Source: Pelomyxa schiedti
Lineage: Eukaryota; Protista; Evosea
Length of the DNA: 64,000 bases
Reading direction: 5' to 3'
NCBI GenBank assembly: GCA_020536535.1
Contig: JAHLWZ010000427.1
Coordinates: forward strand, 20,922 to 84,921
Both the position numbers and the translations under genes were made by a program. How positions within the stretch are numbered: the first letter of the stretch is position 1; each line of letters begins with the position of its first letter. Shown piece by piece: positions 61,720-64,000 of this stretch. The notes under the pieces are model-generated. The model did not search any database, was not told where the DNA came from, and saw nothing but the letters and a program-made list of their open reading frames with translations.

Positions 61720-64000
61720 AGGAGTGGGAACTTTGTTGATCGGGATCGGGATCAGATTCGAGTTCAGTTTGTCGTCACCATTCTGATGTCAGGATATATA
61801 TGTTAGTGAGACTCATCACAAATATGGATGGATATAATATATTCATACCGGGTAAATGGATGAAGCTCGAAAAGGAGTCAATACAAACTGCCGAGATGAC
61901 GCACCACCACCACGTGGAGCAGCAGCAGTAGGAGTGGTAGTGGTAGGAAGCAAGGTAGGGTGGTCCTGAGGGGTTCTTGGCTTGGGAGGGGATCTGCGGA
62001 TGAACGGTACTTTCTCGTTGTTGTTGTCGGAGGCAGGAGCACGAGGAGGAGGAGGAGCGGGAACTTTGTTGATCGGGATCGGGTTCGGTTTGTCACCATT
62101 CTGATGAAAGGATATATATGTTAGTTCGACTCATCTCACGAAATGAAATGGATAATATATATTCATACCGGGTAAATGGATGAAGCTCGAAAAGGAGTCA
62201 ATACAAACTGCCGAGATGACGCACCACCACCACGTGGAGGCAATCCACCATCACCAATCGGTGTGGCTGTAGGGTGGTCCTGAGGGGTTCTTGCCTTTGG
62301 AGGAGATCTGCGGATGAACGGGACTTGGTTGTTGCTGTTGTTGGAGGCAATGACCACTGTTGCTGGGGCGGTCCGACTTGGTGAAATTGAAGGTGTTGTT
62401 GCCGCCTTTGGTGTTAGTACTGGAGTTGAAATTGAAGTTGTTGATGGAGGCAACATCAATGAGTTGGTGGTTGTGGTTGTGATTGCTGGCACAGGTGACA
62501 GCGACGGCGTTGTGCTGGAACCTCGAACAATCATAACACGCGATGGGCCCACAGAAGCTGGTGGTGAACGTGGTTGTGGTGGTGGTGGTGGGTTTGTTGG
62601 GGGATTGGCAGCGGTGGTGGTAGCAGGCGGTGGTGTCCTCAGAGGGCTTCTGGACTGTTGTGCATGAGCAACAGCAGCAGCAGCAGCAGCGGGAGTGGTA
62701 CTCTTAAGATTCCTCTTGGTCTGGAAGGTGCTGGCCACCTGGGAGATCTCCTCACTGAAGAACAACAAGGGAATTTGATAACGCTGTTGTTGTCTCCGCG
62801 GTGCTGCTGGTGCTGGTGCTGGTGCTGGTGCTGCTGACCGTGACCGTGGAGGTGACCCACCATGAACTGCTGGAACTGGAACCGGGGGTGGAGAAGGAGG
62901 CATCGTCGTCGTGATCATGCGTCGTCGGACTTGGTGCGGAACAGAAGAAACGGCAGGTGTTGTATTGACCGTGGTACAACCATAATGTCTATTGAGCTCT
63001 GACCTAGTAGCACCAGTAAAAGTAACAGCAGTACCAGTACTAGCAGTGGTCGCAATCGCAGCAGTAGTGGCAACAGTTTCAGTATCAGCAGAACTGAACA
63101 AGAAATGATGCTGCGAGAAGAAAGAGCGCACGACAAACAAGTGTACACGGACGGTCAATAGCAATATCACGCCGCAAATCCAACCGGGGATCAAGACGAC
63201 GAAGGCGAAGAACAGGCTGTGGAAGACAAAGAAGGCATGGCGAGCCGCAGTTGCCGCATAGTGCGTGGATTGGCGGGCAATCAAGCGGAGAAGAAGACGA
63301 AGGCTCCTTCTCGTCGAAGTGCACACCCGCGTAGCACACCAGACAACATGAGCAGCCGCGCACGAAGAGGTCCTCCACATCAGCAAGGCAGCGCGCAGAG
63401 CGAAACCCGGCGAACGACGTATCAGGAACAGGATCGTCAGCAGAGCACCCAGCACCGGAGAGTTGATGACGAAGGAGACGCAGTGGGCCAGGGACATCAT
63501 CACCACGAAAGCTTCCCTGAGCCTGCGCATTGGATCGTGGACCCAGCTCAGAGGCCACATGAACGTGACGATGGCCGCTGGGAGCTCGACCCACCTTCTT
63601 CTTGCAAGCAGCACCGCTTCTCCGAGTGAAAGCTTCCACCGGTCCTTCATCGGCGTGTTGCTCGGCGGGAGTGTGCTTTCGGCATAGTCCAGCATCCACT
63701 GATCGTGGCGAATGTGCAAAATCAGTCGGTAAGTCGTCCCCGCTGCAAAGTAGAATGTGGCCATCAGGACTCGACACCAATCCTGTGGTTGTTGTGAAAT
63801 GTGAGTCTCATTGTCAAATTATTCTTATTATTATCCTCATCAAAAACGAGTACATCAAATTAGCATTAATTCAATAAATTGTGGTGGGTGATGTGTTACA
63901 AACCTCCAAGACGGACTCGTCTTCCTCTTCGTGATTGTTGTTGTTGGTCCTCTGTTTCTCATTGTGGCCGTGGTAATGGTTCTCGACTACCGCTGCCGCT
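61720..64000. repeat. Direct segmental duplication, copy 2 (partner 26749-28979); both ends truncated by gap and window edge
   Basis: Same sequence and orientation as 26749-28979 with substitutions, in-frame indels and a 45-nt inversion. Confidence 0.95.
61720..64000 (-). CDS. Second copy of the Pro/Thr-rich membrane protein (partial)
   Basis: 533-aa ORF 62163-63764 is nearly identical to 27131-28744, with the same downstream duplicated exons. The 5' exons lie beyond the window and the last exon is cut by the gap. Confidence 0.58.

Overview
Gene-dense, intron-rich eukaryotic DNA. Introns are mostly short (~40-90 nt) GT-AG with YTRAY-like branch points, intergenic spacers are ~25-350 bp, and the standard genetic code fits. 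The style and one lineage-expanded ORF family suggest an amoebozoan/archamoeba such as Pelomyxa; this is inference and not verified. I reconstructed about 27 protein genes by hand-splicing, so boundaries are approximate. Housekeeping genes: TAF2, formin, importin-beta, an NCS-type EF-hand protein, CIR1, EndoV, PGM2, pantothenate kinase. Several genes have unusual domain architectures. The most striking (43.2-46.8 kb, minus) reads divergent Rho-like GTPase - Kelch repeats - F-box - C-terminal Vint-type Hint domain with intact G|C and TxxH motifs, i.e. a putative self-cleaving/self-ligating SCF substrate adaptor. Other notable items: a VCPIP1-type OTU deubiquitinase fused to PFU-PUL domains, a SAM-like/vWA/E2 fusion, an IFI44-like P-loop protein, an NDX(N-terminal)-like protein without a visible homeodomain, an intron-containing thermolysin-family (M4) preproprotease, and a ~2.2 kb duplicated gene whose two copies differ by an exact 45-nt in-frame micro-inversion. 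A 100-N gap lies at 61620-61719. I found no rRNA, tRNA, CRISPR or recognisable transposon.
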